Of a stretch of 64,000 bases of DNA, positions 53,347-63,600 are shown piece by piece (position 1 is the first letter of the stretch; every line of letters starts with the position of its first letter). The stretch lies in contig OZ241913.1 of the NCBI GenBank assembly GCA_965203775.1, positions 2,522,366-2,586,365 on the forward strand, written 5' to 3'. The notes beneath the pieces were generated by a model. That model worked only from the letters and a program-made list of their open reading frames with translations. It ran no database searches and was not told the origin of the DNA. The position numbers were made by a program, and so were the translations under genes. Source of the stretch: Dehalococcoidia bacterium (GTDB lineage: Bacteria > Chloroflexota > Dehalococcoidia > Bin125).

Positions 53347-53378
53347 CCGGAGGAGCGCGCCGCGGCGCGCTCCTCCGG
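53347..53378. terminator. Perfect 32-nt palindrome between binding-protein and permease genes (attenuating or stabilising hairpin)
   Basis: CCGGAGGAGCGCGCCGCGGCGCGCTCCTCCGG is its own reverse complement; no U-tract. Confidence 0.6.
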
Positions 53379-53383
53379 CGGCG

Positions 53384-55258
53384 CTACGCGTTCTCGAGCC
53401 AGATCGTCTGCGGATTGGGCGTGGTCGGCCCCGGATCGGGCACATGTACCCGGTTCGTGTAGAACTCCGCGCCGCGTTGGCGGGCGATCGCCTGGGCGAA
53501 CATCACCTCGTGGAAGGTCTCGTTGAACGAGCGCCAGTAGGCCTCGGTGTCGTCGTGGTTGCCCGTCTGGACATCCGCGATCATGTCCAGCCAGTGGAAG
53601 TAGTTGTCCATGTAGGGCCGCTCGCGCACCGGGATCGGAGTGCTGGCGTCGCCGCCGCGCTTCGCGTTCCCTTCGCCGTGCAGCGCGTCCTGCATGACCA
53701 TCGCCAGCGCCGCGCTCTCCGGCCGAATCCAGTTGCCGAAGCCGATCAGGAAGTTGCCGAAGTCGCCCGCCTGCTGCTTCTCGATCATCACGTTGTACTC
53801 GGTCGGGTCCAGCTCCAGCTCGATCTCGCGCGCCGAGAGCTCGGCCTGCAGCAGCTGCGCCAGAGCCGGCGCGTAGGGGCGGATCGGCAGCGTGCTGGCG
53901 GTCAACACGGTGCCCGGTCCCAGCCCCGCCGCATCGAGCAGCATGTTGCCCTCGGCCGGGTCGTAGTTGGGCCGGTCCAGATCCTCGATGTAGCCCTGCG
54001 AGCCGCGCTGGAAGAACAGCCGCCCCGCGTCGTCGTAGGGACCGAAGTAGTCGCGCACGACCCGCTCCTGGTCGACGAACCGCCAGACGCCCTGGCGGGC
54101 GCGCGGGTCGGTAGTCGGCTCGACATCGATCGCGAAGCGGAAAATCTGCCCGCCCAGACTGGTGCCCGCCCAGCCCCAGTGCTCGTCGCTGGCGATCAGC
54201 CGGTCGATCGTCTCCGGGTTGTTGAACGGAATGCCGTTGTGCGAGTCGATATCGCCCGCTTCCAGCGCGATCCCGATCGCGTCCGCGTCGGAGAAGATCG
54301 TGTAGTTGATCTCGTCCATGTTCGGCGCGCCCATGTGGCCGTCGGTGAAGGGCAGCAGCCGCCAGCCCGTGTTCGGGTCGTAGCTGTCGGTGTCGAAGCG
54401 CCAGGGGCCGGTGCCGATTAGCACCGCCTCTTCGTTGCGCGCGATGCCCTTCGCCGGCGCCGTCACTGAACCGGTCGTGTCCGGGTCGCCCATCCGCACG
54501 TAGGCGGTCAGCGCGCCCACGAAGCCGCGCGGCTCGGCGAGGTTGAGCCGGAACGAGAGGTCGTCGATCGCCTCGGTGCCGGAGATCACCTTGCCCAGGT
54601 TGTAGGCCGGCGAGCCGCCGCCCGAGACGCCCTGGTCGCGGATCGCCTCGTAGCTGTGCGCCGCGTGCTCGGCGATGAAATCCTTGCCGTCGTGGAACTT
54701 CACGTCGGGGCGGATGTTGAACACCCAGGTCAGGTTGTCCGGCGTTTCCCATGTGTCGGCGACATCGGAGCGGATTTCCCACTGCGGGTTGGCGTACTCC
54801 CAGAAGTTGTTGGCGAGCTCGTTGAGCGAGACGCCGCCGTACTGGGTGAGGCAGTTGTACATGTAGCCGCTGGGGTCGATCGTGCCGTTGTTGCCGGCGC
54901 TGTTCCAAGGGAAGCGGATCAGCGTCAGCTGCGAAGCGGCGGCGCGCTCGAAGACGCCGCCCTTCTGGATCGCGTTGCCCTGGCTGTCGCGCTCCACATC
55001 GTCGGCTGCGCTCACGGCGGCCTGCTGCTGTTGGTCTTGCTGCTGCGCGTCGGGGGGGGGGGGGGTACTCTGCTGCTCCTGCTGCTGCGCGGTCGCGTCG
55101 GCCGCCGCGGGCGTCTGCTGCTGGGCGTCGTCATCGTCGTCGCCGCAGCCGACCAAGGCCAGGCCGGCGGCGCCGACGCCCGCGCGGGCGCTCGCCGTCA
55201 GCATCGTGCGCCGCGAAATCCGACGGCTGCGCATCCGCGTCCAGTAGTTGCTCTCCAT
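53384..55258 (-). CDS. ABC transporter family-5 substrate-binding lipoprotein with Tat signal
   Basis: GGAGGA SD; ISRRTML twin-arginine, LVGC lipobox, VKFHDG, IGTGPW. Confidence 0.85.
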   Translation of the reverse strand: MESNYWTRMRSRRISRRTMLTASARAGVGAAGLALVGCGDDDDDAQQQTPAAADATAQQQEQQSTPPPPDAQQQDQQQQAAVSAADDVERDSQGNAIQKGGVFERAAASQLTLIRFPWNSAGNNGTIDPSGYMYNCLTQYGGVSLNELANNFWEYANPQWEIRSDVADTWETPDNLTWVFNIRPDVKFHDGKDFIAEHAAHSYEAIRDQGVSGGGSPAYNLGKVISGTEAIDDLSFRLNLAEPRGFVGALTAYVRMGDPDTTGSVTAPAKGIARNEEAVLIGTGPWRFDTDSYDPNTGWRLLPFTDGHMGAPNMDEINYTIFSDADAIGIALEAGDIDSHNGIPFNNPETIDRLIASDEHWGWAGTSLGGQIFRFAIDVEPTTDPRARQGVWRFVDQERVVRDYFGPYDDAGRLFFQRGSQGYIEDLDRPNYDPAEGNMLLDAAGLGPGTVLTASTLPIRPYAPALAQLLQAELSAREIELELDPTEYNVMIEKQQAGDFGNFLIGFGNWIRPESAALAMVMQDALHGEGNAKRGGDASTPIPVRERPYMDNYFHWLDMIADVQTGNHDDTEAYWRSFNETFHEVMFAQAIARQRGAEFYTNRVHVPDPGPTTPNPQTIWLENA

Positions 55259-55432
55259 CAATGCTTCCTCCTGTGCTCGCTCGCTCACGAAACGCCGGCG
55301 CACGCCAAGACGACGGGCCGCCCGGTTCGTCTGGTGCTCAGCCTAGCAGCAACGGCCGTTGCGCGCGCGCCCGCCGCACGCGGCTAACCCCTGCGCAACA
55401 CAGCGATGAGCGGCAGCGCGCCGCCCGCCGGG

Positions 55433-56218
55433 TTACTGCGCGTGGATCAGCGCGACCGCCGCCTCGGCCTCGGCAAGCGTCCACACCCCGCCGCGGCCCC
55501 GCCCGCTCCAGAACGTGATCTCGCCGCAGTCGCCCTGCGGCGTGCGGCTGTGCCGCAGCACGCACTCCTGACTGGGCAGAAATTGGAACGGCTCCGCCCG
55601 ATCCGGGTCCTGCGCGGCGCTGAGGAAGACGTAGCAGCGCGTCTCCGGCACGAACGCGACCGCATCCACCCGCCCGCGCTGGTTGAACGACTCGGCGTTC
55701 ACCACCAGGGAAAGCGAATCAATCCCCTGGCAGCCAAGACTGGCCGACGGGCTCATCGAGCCCAGCGTCGCGATGTCGTGCTTGCCGACCCAGCCGCATT
55801 CCCCGTGCAGATCGGAGCCCAAGCTGAGTTCGCCTCGCAGCACCCCGACGATCGAGTGCGCGGGCTGGATCAGCGCGCAATTGCCGCCCGAGGCAGCGCC
55901 GTCCTCCGGCCTCAGCGTGACCGTCGTCGTGCATGCCCCCGACGGCGCGATCAGCACGCGCACCAGGCGCTCATCGACCTCAAACGATGCGGGCGTGACC
56001 ACGACCACCTGGGTCGGCAACCCCGCGCAGAATTCGGACGCGCCGCGCGCGCCGCGCAGCACCCGCTCGCTCGGCGCCGGGTCCACGGATTGCCGCACAC
56101 TCGGCGAGGAGTCGGAGACCGCCTGCGGCGCGGCCGGCAGCGCGTCGGAACAGGCAATCGCCAGCAGCGCGCAGAACGCGGCCAACACCATCATTCCCCA
56201 CTGTCGCAGCGGCCTCAT
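55433..56218 (-). CDS. Cys-rich hypothetical lipoprotein
   Basis: Hydrophobic signal ending LAIAC; start uncertain. Confidence 0.45.
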   Translation of the reverse strand: MRPLRQWGMMVLAAFCALLAIACSDALPAAPQAVSDSSPSVRQSVDPAPSERVLRGARGASEFCAGLPTQVVVVTPASFEVDERLVRVLIAPSGACTTTVTLRPEDGAASGGNCALIQPAHSIVGVLRGELSLGSDLHGECGWVGKHDIATLGSMSPSASLGCQGIDSLSLVVNAESFNQRGRVDAVAFVPETRCYVFLSAAQDPDRAEPFQFLPSQECVLRHSRTPQGDCGEITFWSGRGRGGVWTLAEAEAAVALIHAQ

Positions 56219-56397
56219 GATCAGCCTCCCATCAGGCATCCCCATTGGTTTCAATTGTACCCCTCCGACGGGCAAATGCGGCAAGCGCAGGGGTGCGACA
56301 AAGTTGGTGCGCCGGCGCGCGCGCGGAATCGCGGCTAAGCCGCGCCGGCGGGTAGGCTGCGATGGCGCGTGGATGCGCCTTGGAGTGAGGGGTACCC

Positions 56398-57849
56398 GTG
56401 ACCGAACAAACCGAGCGGCAGCGCGACGCGCAGGATGCGCTGCGCGTCGCCTTTGCCCCGCGCTCCGCCGCCATCGCCGGCGTCTCCGCCTCCAACGCCG
56501 GCTGGGGCGGCGGGCAATCCTTCCTGCGCGGCATTCGCAACCTCGACCGCCTCGAGCGCGTCTACTGCGTCAACCCCAAAGGCGGCCAACTCGACGACGG
56601 CACCCCGCTCCACCGCTCGCTCGCCGAAATTCCGGGCGACGTCGACTACCTGATCTCCGCCGTGCCCGCCTCCGCGATCCTCGGCCTGATCGACGACGCC
56701 GTCGCCAAGGGCGTGCGCGCGATCCACCTCTTCACCGCCGGCTTCTCCGAGACCGGCAGCGCCGAGCGCGCCGACCTCGAGCGCGAAGCCCTGCGCCGCC
56801 TGCGCGACGGCGGCGTGCGCCTGATCGGCCCCAACTGCATGGGCATCCACTCCACCCGCGGCGGCGTCTCCTTCATGGAATCCGCCTCGCCCGAACCCGG
56901 CCGCGTGGCGATGCTCTCGCAGAGCGGAATGAACGCCAGCGAGGCGCTCAGCCGCGGACAGCCGCGCGGCGTCCGCTTCTCCAACGTCGCTTCGTTCGGC
57001 AACGCCGCCGACCTCAACGAGGCCGACTTCCTCCAGTTCCTGGCCGACGATCCGGACACCGACATCGTGCTGGCCTACCTCGAGGGCCTCCGCGACGGAC
57101 GCCGCTTCCTGCAAATCGCCCGCTCGATGGCCGAGCGGCGGCGTCCCCTCGCCGTGCTCAAGGGCGGGCTGACCGAAGCCGGCGGGCGCGCCGCCAACTC
57201 GCACACCGGCTCGCTGGCCGGCTCCGCCCAAATCTGGCGCGCCGTGCAACGCCAGGGCGGCTTCATGCCCGCCAACAGCGTCGACGAACTGCTCGACATC
57301 GCAGTCACGATCGAGCGCATGCCTCAGCTGGCCGGCCCCCGCGCCGCCGTGCTGGGCGGCGGCGGCGGCGTCTCCGTGCTCGCCGCCGACATCTGCGACC
57401 GCGCCGGCATTCCCGTGCCCTGGTTCGGCGAGCGCACGCAAGAACGGCTGCGCAGCTTCACGCCCGTCGCCGGCACCTCCGTCCGCAACCCGCTCGACGC
57501 CGGCTTCATGTTCGAGGGCGACCAGCTCGAAGCCGCCATGAGCGCCGTCGCCGAAGACGAATCCATCGACTGGCTGATGGTGCATACCGGCACCGACTCC
57601 GGCTTCCGTAGCGACCGGCGCGGCTTCGAGGAGCGCTTCGCCTCCCAACTGGGCGAGCTCGCGCCCAAGCTGGGCCGACCCCTCGCGGTCGTGATCCGCC
57701 CGCCCTCCAGCGCCGACGGATTCCGCAGCGGCCTCGAACTGCAACGCCGCCTCAACGACGCCGGCATCGCCTGCTACGGCTCGCTCGAAGCCTGCGTCAC
57801 CGCCGTGCGGCGCTATCTTGACTGGCAAGCCCGCCCGACGGGCGGCTGA
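56398..57849 (+). CDS. CoA-binding acetate/acyl-CoA ligase (ADP-forming) alpha-like subunit
   Basis: VNPKG, FTAGFSE, LIGPNCMG, SQSG, SHTGSLAG (phospho-His), NPLD. Confidence 0.88.
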   Translation: MTEQTERQRDAQDALRVAFAPRSAAIAGVSASNAGWGGGQSFLRGIRNLDRLERVYCVNPKGGQLDDGTPLHRSLAEIPGDVDYLISAVPASAILGLIDDAVAKGVRAIHLFTAGFSETGSAERADLEREALRRLRDGGVRLIGPNCMGIHSTRGGVSFMESASPEPGRVAMLSQSGMNASEALSRGQPRGVRFSNVASFGNAADLNEADFLQFLADDPDTDIVLAYLEGLRDGRRFLQIARSMAERRRPLAVLKGGLTEAGGRAANSHTGSLAGSAQIWRAVQRQGGFMPANSVDELLDIAVTIERMPQLAGPRAAVLGGGGGVSVLAADICDRAGIPVPWFGERTQERLRSFTPVAGTSVRNPLDAGFMFEGDQLEAAMSAVAEDESIDWLMVHTGTDSGFRSDRRGFEERFASQLGELAPKLGRPLAVVIRPPSSADGFRSGLELQRRLNDAGIACYGSLEACVTAVRRYLDWQARPTGG

Positions 57850-57895
57850 CCGGCGAGCCGGAGCGGCAACAGGAGCGACCAACAGGAGCGGCGGC

Positions 57896-58204
57896 GTGCG
57901 ACTGCGCCTCGAAAACTTGCCAATCACTCCTCGCGCGCGCCTGCTCAGCGCGTCCGAGGACGAGCTGCGCCTGGCCGTCGACGGACTGGTCTGCGGCGTC
58001 TGCGCCGGGCGCGTGCAAGCCGCGCTGGCCCAACTGCCCGGCGTCGCCTCGGCCGAGTGCTCGCTCGAGACCGGCGAGGCCCGCGTGCGGCTGGAGCATG
58101 CCGACGCCGAAACCGATTGGATCGGCGCAGTCGAGTCGACCGTCATCCTGCCCCGCGCGCGCCGCTGGCTCACGCGGCTCTGGCAAGGCGCGCAGCGTGG
58201 CTAA
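57896..58204 (+). CDS. Heavy-metal-associated (HMA) domain protein
   Basis: AGGAG SD; L.VDGLVCGVCA.RV..AL..LPGV. Confidence 0.7.
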   Translation: MRLRLENLPITPRARLLSASEDELRLAVDGLVCGVCAGRVQAALAQLPGVASAECSLETGEARVRLEHADAETDWIGAVESTVILPRARRWLTRLWQGAQRG

Positions 58205-59105
58205 GGCGGCGAAGACAGCCAAGCGAACCCGCGCGCCCGCCGTCGGCGCGCACGTCTCCGCCGCCGGCGGCCTCTACAAGGCGGTCGGACGCGCCGAGGA
58301 GATCGGCGCGGAGGCGATCCAGATCTTCGGCGCAGCCCCCCAGATGTGGCGGCGCAAGCAGCACAGCGAGGAAGAAATCGCCCGCTTCCGCGCCGCCGCG
58401 TCCGACGCCAGGCTGGGCCCGACCTTCATCCACGCCGTCTACCTGATCAACCTGGCCAGCCCCGACCCGCAGCTGCTCGAAAAGAGCGTCGCCGCGCTGA
58501 CCGCCGAACTGCGCCTGGGCTCCGCGCTCGGCGCCGCCGGCGTGATCGTCCACGTCGGCAGCCACATGGGCGCGGGCTTTGACGCCCAACTGCCGCAGAT
58601 CGTCCAGGCCATCCGCCGCGCGCTCGACGACTCGCCCGACGACATCCCGCTCTGCCTCGAAAACAACGCCGGCGCGGGCCGCAGCGTCGGCTCGACCTTC
58701 GAGGAGTTGGCCGCGATGGTCGAAGGCGCGGCCAGCGAGCGCGTGCGACTCTGCCTCGACACCTGCCACCTGCACGCCGCCGGCTACGACATCGCCGCCG
58801 AGCGCGGCCTGCGCGACACCGTCGCCGCCTACCGCGCCGAATTCGCCGACGACCAGCTCGCCGCCGTCCACGCCAACGACTCCAAAACCGAGCTAGGCTC
58901 CGGCAAAGACCGCCACGAGAACCTGGGCCAGGGCACAATCGGCATGCCCGCCTTCCGCCGCATGGTGCGCAACCGCCTACTCCGCAAAGCCCCCTGGCTC
59001 CTAGAGGTCCCCGGCTACAACACAGACGGCCCCGGCGAGCAAGACCTAGCCATCCTACGCGCCCTACGCGACGCCCCAACCCTCCCCAAAACCCCCACCC
59101 CCTAG
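58197..59105 (+). CDS. nfo: Endonuclease IV
   Basis: GAHVSAAGG, HAVYLINLAS, LENNAG, CLDTCH, HANDSK, DRHENLG. Confidence 0.93.
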   Translation: MAKAAKTAKRTRAPAVGAHVSAAGGLYKAVGRAEEIGAEAIQIFGAAPQMWRRKQHSEEEIARFRAAASDARLGPTFIHAVYLINLASPDPQLLEKSVAALTAELRLGSALGAAGVIVHVGSHMGAGFDAQLPQIVQAIRRALDDSPDDIPLCLENNAGAGRSVGSTFEELAAMVEGAASERVRLCLDTCHLHAAGYDIAAERGLRDTVAAYRAEFADDQLAAVHANDSKTELGSGKDRHENLGQGTIGMPAFRRMVRNRLLRKAPWLLEVPGYNTDGPGEQDLAILRALRDAPTLPKTPTP

Positions 59106-59116
59106 CCGCCATCCCC

Positions 59117-60600
59117 CCGTCATTCCTGCGCCCTCATTCCGTCATTCCTGCGCAGGCAGGAACCCGCGCGACCACCCATCGTCGCCACCCCCCCGTCATT
59201 CCTGCACCCCCTTATCCGTCATTCCTACCCCCCTCCCCGTCATTCCTGCGCAGGCAGGAACCCGCGCGACCCCCCACCCCACTTCCCCAACGCACCAGGC
59301 AACTCCCCAAGAAAATTCATCCCTCCCCCCTTTTAGGGGGGAGGCTAGGTGGGGGGTGGGAGGCACCGAGCGACCCACCAGCCGTCTTCCGTCACCCCCC
59401 CTCCCCCCCCGTTCCTGCCTGCGCAGGAATGACGGGGGAGGAGCCCGCCATTCCTGCACCCCCCTACCGTCATTCCTGCGCAGGCAGGAACCCGCGCACC
59501 CAATCCGTCATTCCTGCGCCCCTTTTCCGTCGTTCCTGCGCAGGCAGGAACCTACGCACCCCCCCACCCCACTTCCCCAACGCACCAAGCAACTCCCCCA
59601 AGAAAATTCATCCCTCCCCCCTTTTAGGGGGGAGGCTAGGTGGGGGGTGGGAGGCGCCGAGCGTCCACCAGCCGCCCTCCGTCACCCCCCACCGCCACCC
59701 CGCCGTTCCTGCCTGCGCAGGAATGACGGGGGAGGAGCCCGTCATTCCTGCGCCCCTCATCGTCATTCCTGCGCAGGCAGGAACCCGCGCGACCCCCCAC
59801 CCCACTTCCCCAACACACCAAACAACTCCCCCAAGAAAATTCATCCCTCCCCCCTTCCAGGGGGGAGGCTAGGTGGGGGGTGGGAGGCACCGAGCGTCCA
59901 CCAGCCGTCTTCCGTCACCCCCCCCCTCCCCCCGTTCCTGCCTACGCAGGAATGACGGAGAGGGGACGCAGGAATGGGGAGGCGAGATGCGCTGCCGCGG
60001 CTGGCGGCAGCGCGTAGGCGATTGAGGCGCGAACGATCGCTGGCAGTCGCTCGGGGCACCGCACCCCCCACCTAGCCTCCCCCCTAAAAGGGGGGAGGGA
60101 TGAATTGGGGAAAGGGGTAGGGGGGATGGGATATTGCGAATGGGCGCACTGATTGCGCCGTGCTCCGCCGACCTCCCAAGGCGTGTTCACAACTCCGTTG
60201 TTCCCACCCCCCCTCTCTCCCCGCCATTCCTGCGCCCCCTTATCCGTCATTCCTGCGTAGGCAGGAACCCGCGCGACCTCCACCGTCGCCACCCCCTCCC
60301 CCGTCATTCCTGCGCCCCCTTATCCGTCATTCCTGCGCAGGCAGGAACCCGCGCACCCAATCCGCCTTTCCTGCACCCCCTTATCCGTCATTCCTGCGCA
60401 GGCAGGAACCCGCGCACCCCCCCACCCCACTTCCCCAACGCACCAAGCAACTCCCCCAAGAAAATTCATCCCTCCCCCCTTTTAGGGGGGAGGCTAGGTG
60501 GGGGGTGGGAGGCGCCGAGCGTCCACCAGCCGCCCTCCGTCACCCCCCCGTTCCTGCCTGCGCAGGAATGACGGAACGCGCCGCAGGTTCCTGCCTGCGC
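59117..60600. repeat. 1.5-kb mosaic array with four A>-B-<A composite units and one inverted B
   Basis: Composites at ~59238-59434, 59528-59728, 59761-59957, 60386-60573; inverted B at ~60064-60110. Confidence 0.9.
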
Positions 60601-60604
60601 CCGC

Positions 60605-63600
60605 CTATTCCCCCAGCCACAGAATCGCGCCCGGCTTGATCCGGAAATTGATCGAGCCCGGAATCTCCTCGCCGCCCGACTCCCCGTAGCGGATCCATTC
60701 GCCGTTGAGCCAGAGCAGCACGCTGCCGACCTCGGGCAGGCCCGCGAGCAACTCGGCGGCGCTGACCCGCTCCGCGCCGAGGTAGCTGGCCAGACCGCCG
60801 GGCTCGCGCGTGGTCAGCCCCTCGGCCGGGCTGCTCGCCGCCGCCTCGGTGGGCTGAATTTGCACCAGCCGCACCCCGCGCACCACGCACTGGATTACGG
60901 CCGTCCCCGCCGACGTGAGCTGCTCCGCGCAGTCCGCCCCCGCCGTCACCGCCACGCCGCCCGCGCCGACCGCCTGGAAGCTCGCCGTCGCCTGCCCGTC
61001 CCTCGTGCGCGTCTGCTTGCTCGTCTGCACCACCCGCGGGCCGCCCCCGCCCGCCGCCACAATCTCCGGCCAGTCCACCACCGTGCCGTTGGGCACCGCG
61101 ACCCCGCTCGCGTCGTTGAACGTCGCGGTCACGCTGAACGTCTCGCCCACCCGGACCGCGCCCGGATCGCTCAGGCTGATCTCCGCCGCGCCCCCGCTCA
61201 CGCTGAACGTCCGCACCGCCTTCTGCTGGCCGGCCCAGAGCTCCAGCGTGTACTCGCCCGAAGCGAGCGGATTCGCCGCCGGGCGGTTCACGTCGATCTT
61301 CACCTGCGCCTGGCTCTTGGCATTGAGGATGGGCGGGTTCTCGCCGCCGCTCCTCGTGAAGGGCTTGGTCGGATCGCCGCGGTGCGGCCAAGTCACCCGC
61401 ACGCTCTCCGCCGCCACGGGCTGGCCGTCGGGGCCCAGCAGCCGGGTGCGCCGCGCGCCGCTCGGCAGCGCCACATTGTTGCCCGCGCTGTCCGCCGCCG
61501 TCACCGCCAGCAACAGCTCGTCGCGCGTGGCCGCCCCGTCGCTGATCAGACCGTCGGCGTCCAGGTCGGCCGCGTCGACATTGGTCACCCCCGTCGTCGG
61601 CGCCGACACCGCGATGCTCTCGGCCGCGCCCGCCAGCGCAATGCGCACCGGCGGCGTCTCGAATGTGTCGCCCGTCGTGCTGAACACCGTCGCCCGCACC
61701 TCCGCCGCGGCCGCCTTGCCCGCGTGCGACAGCGTGACGAGCAGCTCGTCGGCGTTGCTCGCGTTGATATTCGCGGCATTCAGAGTGCAGGAGATGCCCG
61801 CGCAGGAGTCGCCCTCGAGCGTCGCGTCGACCACGGCCAGACTGCCCGCGGTGCTGGTCAGCTGCGCCGCGGCGATGCTGCCCGCGTGCGACGGCGCGCC
61901 GCTCTCGCTGAGAATCGTAAGCCGCAGCCGCGTGCTGTCGCCCTGCCGGCGCAGCGCCGACGGATACGGCGTATCGTCCGACGTCGACGTCGTCCCCTTC
62001 TTGTCCACCGCCAGATCGAGCTTGACCTCCGCCACCTCCCGCACCTCGCCGATGCGCAGCTCGAGCGTGTTCCGCAGCGTCACTTTGCTGGCCGGCGCTT
62101 CCTGCATCTGCACCGTCACCTGCCCGGAGAGCGTGACCACGCCGTCGGCCGTGCCCTCGGGCACCACCACCGTCGAGCTGGGCAGCGTAATCGGGCAGGT
62201 CGTCGTGCTGATCTCGTCGACCACCTCGATCGTGCAGCCCGCGTCGCTGGTGGTGATTGTCGCGTCATGGCCGAACACCACCTGGGCGCCGTTGTGGGCG
62301 TCTTTCAGGACAAAGTGGATCCCGGACCGTTGCTCCACATCGTCGTCGCCTCCATCGGCGTCTTTCCAGATGCCGTCCGCCGGCCGGCGGAACACGGTGA
62401 GCTGGCCGCTATTACCATTATTGATTGAAAGCTCGCTGCTGTCGCCGCTGAACGCCATGTTGCCGTACGAGGGGAAATCGCCGAGCGCTCCGGTAAACGT
62501 GGCCGTGTGCAGGATGTAGCCACCGTCCAGCGCCCGCCAGGCTTCCGGCGAAGCCTGCTGGAAGACGAAACCGCTGCCGCCGGCCCCGCCGGTGTCGGCG
62601 TCCGCGATGACGGTGGTGCCGTCCGGTGAGATCGCCAGGCCCTCGCCAAACCAACCGCCGTTTCTGCCGGCTTCAGTCCAGAGGCGGGAGACCAGGATGG
62701 CGTCGGGCTCGGTGATGCGCCGCAGCGGGCCGGGCGAGTAGTGCGTCTCCGGGTCGAAGTCGCGCGCGTCGGCCTGGGCCGCGATCAGCGTCTTGGAGTT
62801 GCCGTCCGCGTCCAGATCCGCGCGCGGCGCGGCATTCCAGCCGCCCTCCGGCGCGACAAAGACATAGGCTTCGCCTTTGTCTTCGCGGCGGTACGCATTG
62901 TTGAAGCTTCCGCCGGGCGTTTCGAAGGAGAACCGCTTCTCGCTCACTGGCACCGCCAGCACCCGCCCGTCGGCTGAGAGCCCGATGTAGCGGATTCCCA
63001 GCTCGGTGAACTGCTCGAACATCGAATAGGCCCGGGAGCAGTAGGCGTCGCAGTCGGTGGAGAAACCCGTGCGTCCCGTCGAGCTGGGGGTGAACGGCGC
63101 GTTCGCCCACGATGAGCCGTGGCTGGGAATGGCGACCGGGGTCACTTTCACCCCGTCCTCATAGCGGATGTCGCCCCAGTTCCGGCCTGGCCCGTCGGGG
63201 CGGGTGTAGACGTAGACCGCGCCCATCGCGTTTATATTCGACGAGGCGACGGCCAGGGTGCTGCCGTCGCGCGAGACCGCGAGCGATGTGCTGTAGTAGG
63301 CCGTGACGCCTCCATGGCGATTGGACGCTTCCGACAGCGGCGGCGTCAGCGTCGTCTCCAGCGTGGCTTCCACCGAGGAGGCGAATTCGGCCCACTCCAG
63401 GCGGTAGATGTAGACCCGGCCGACGTTGTTGTTTTGCCTGGGGGAAGAGACGAACATCCAGGCGGTCGAGTCGGTCTCATGCCAGACGCCGACAGAGTCG
63501 GAAAATTTCCCTTCGTCGAGCGTGACGGCGCCAAAGCCGAAGTAGGAGTTTTCCGCGTCGTCCGGCCTGGTGATGGTGGCCGCCAGCTGCTTGCTCCAAG

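Noticed and set aside
59117-60600. CRISPR array or protein-coding ORFs in the repeat clusters (RHSCAGRN, FLPAQE, GGRLGGG peptides)
   Set aside because: Irregular spacing, mixed orientations and related linkers; the peptides are translations of repeats A and B in all frames
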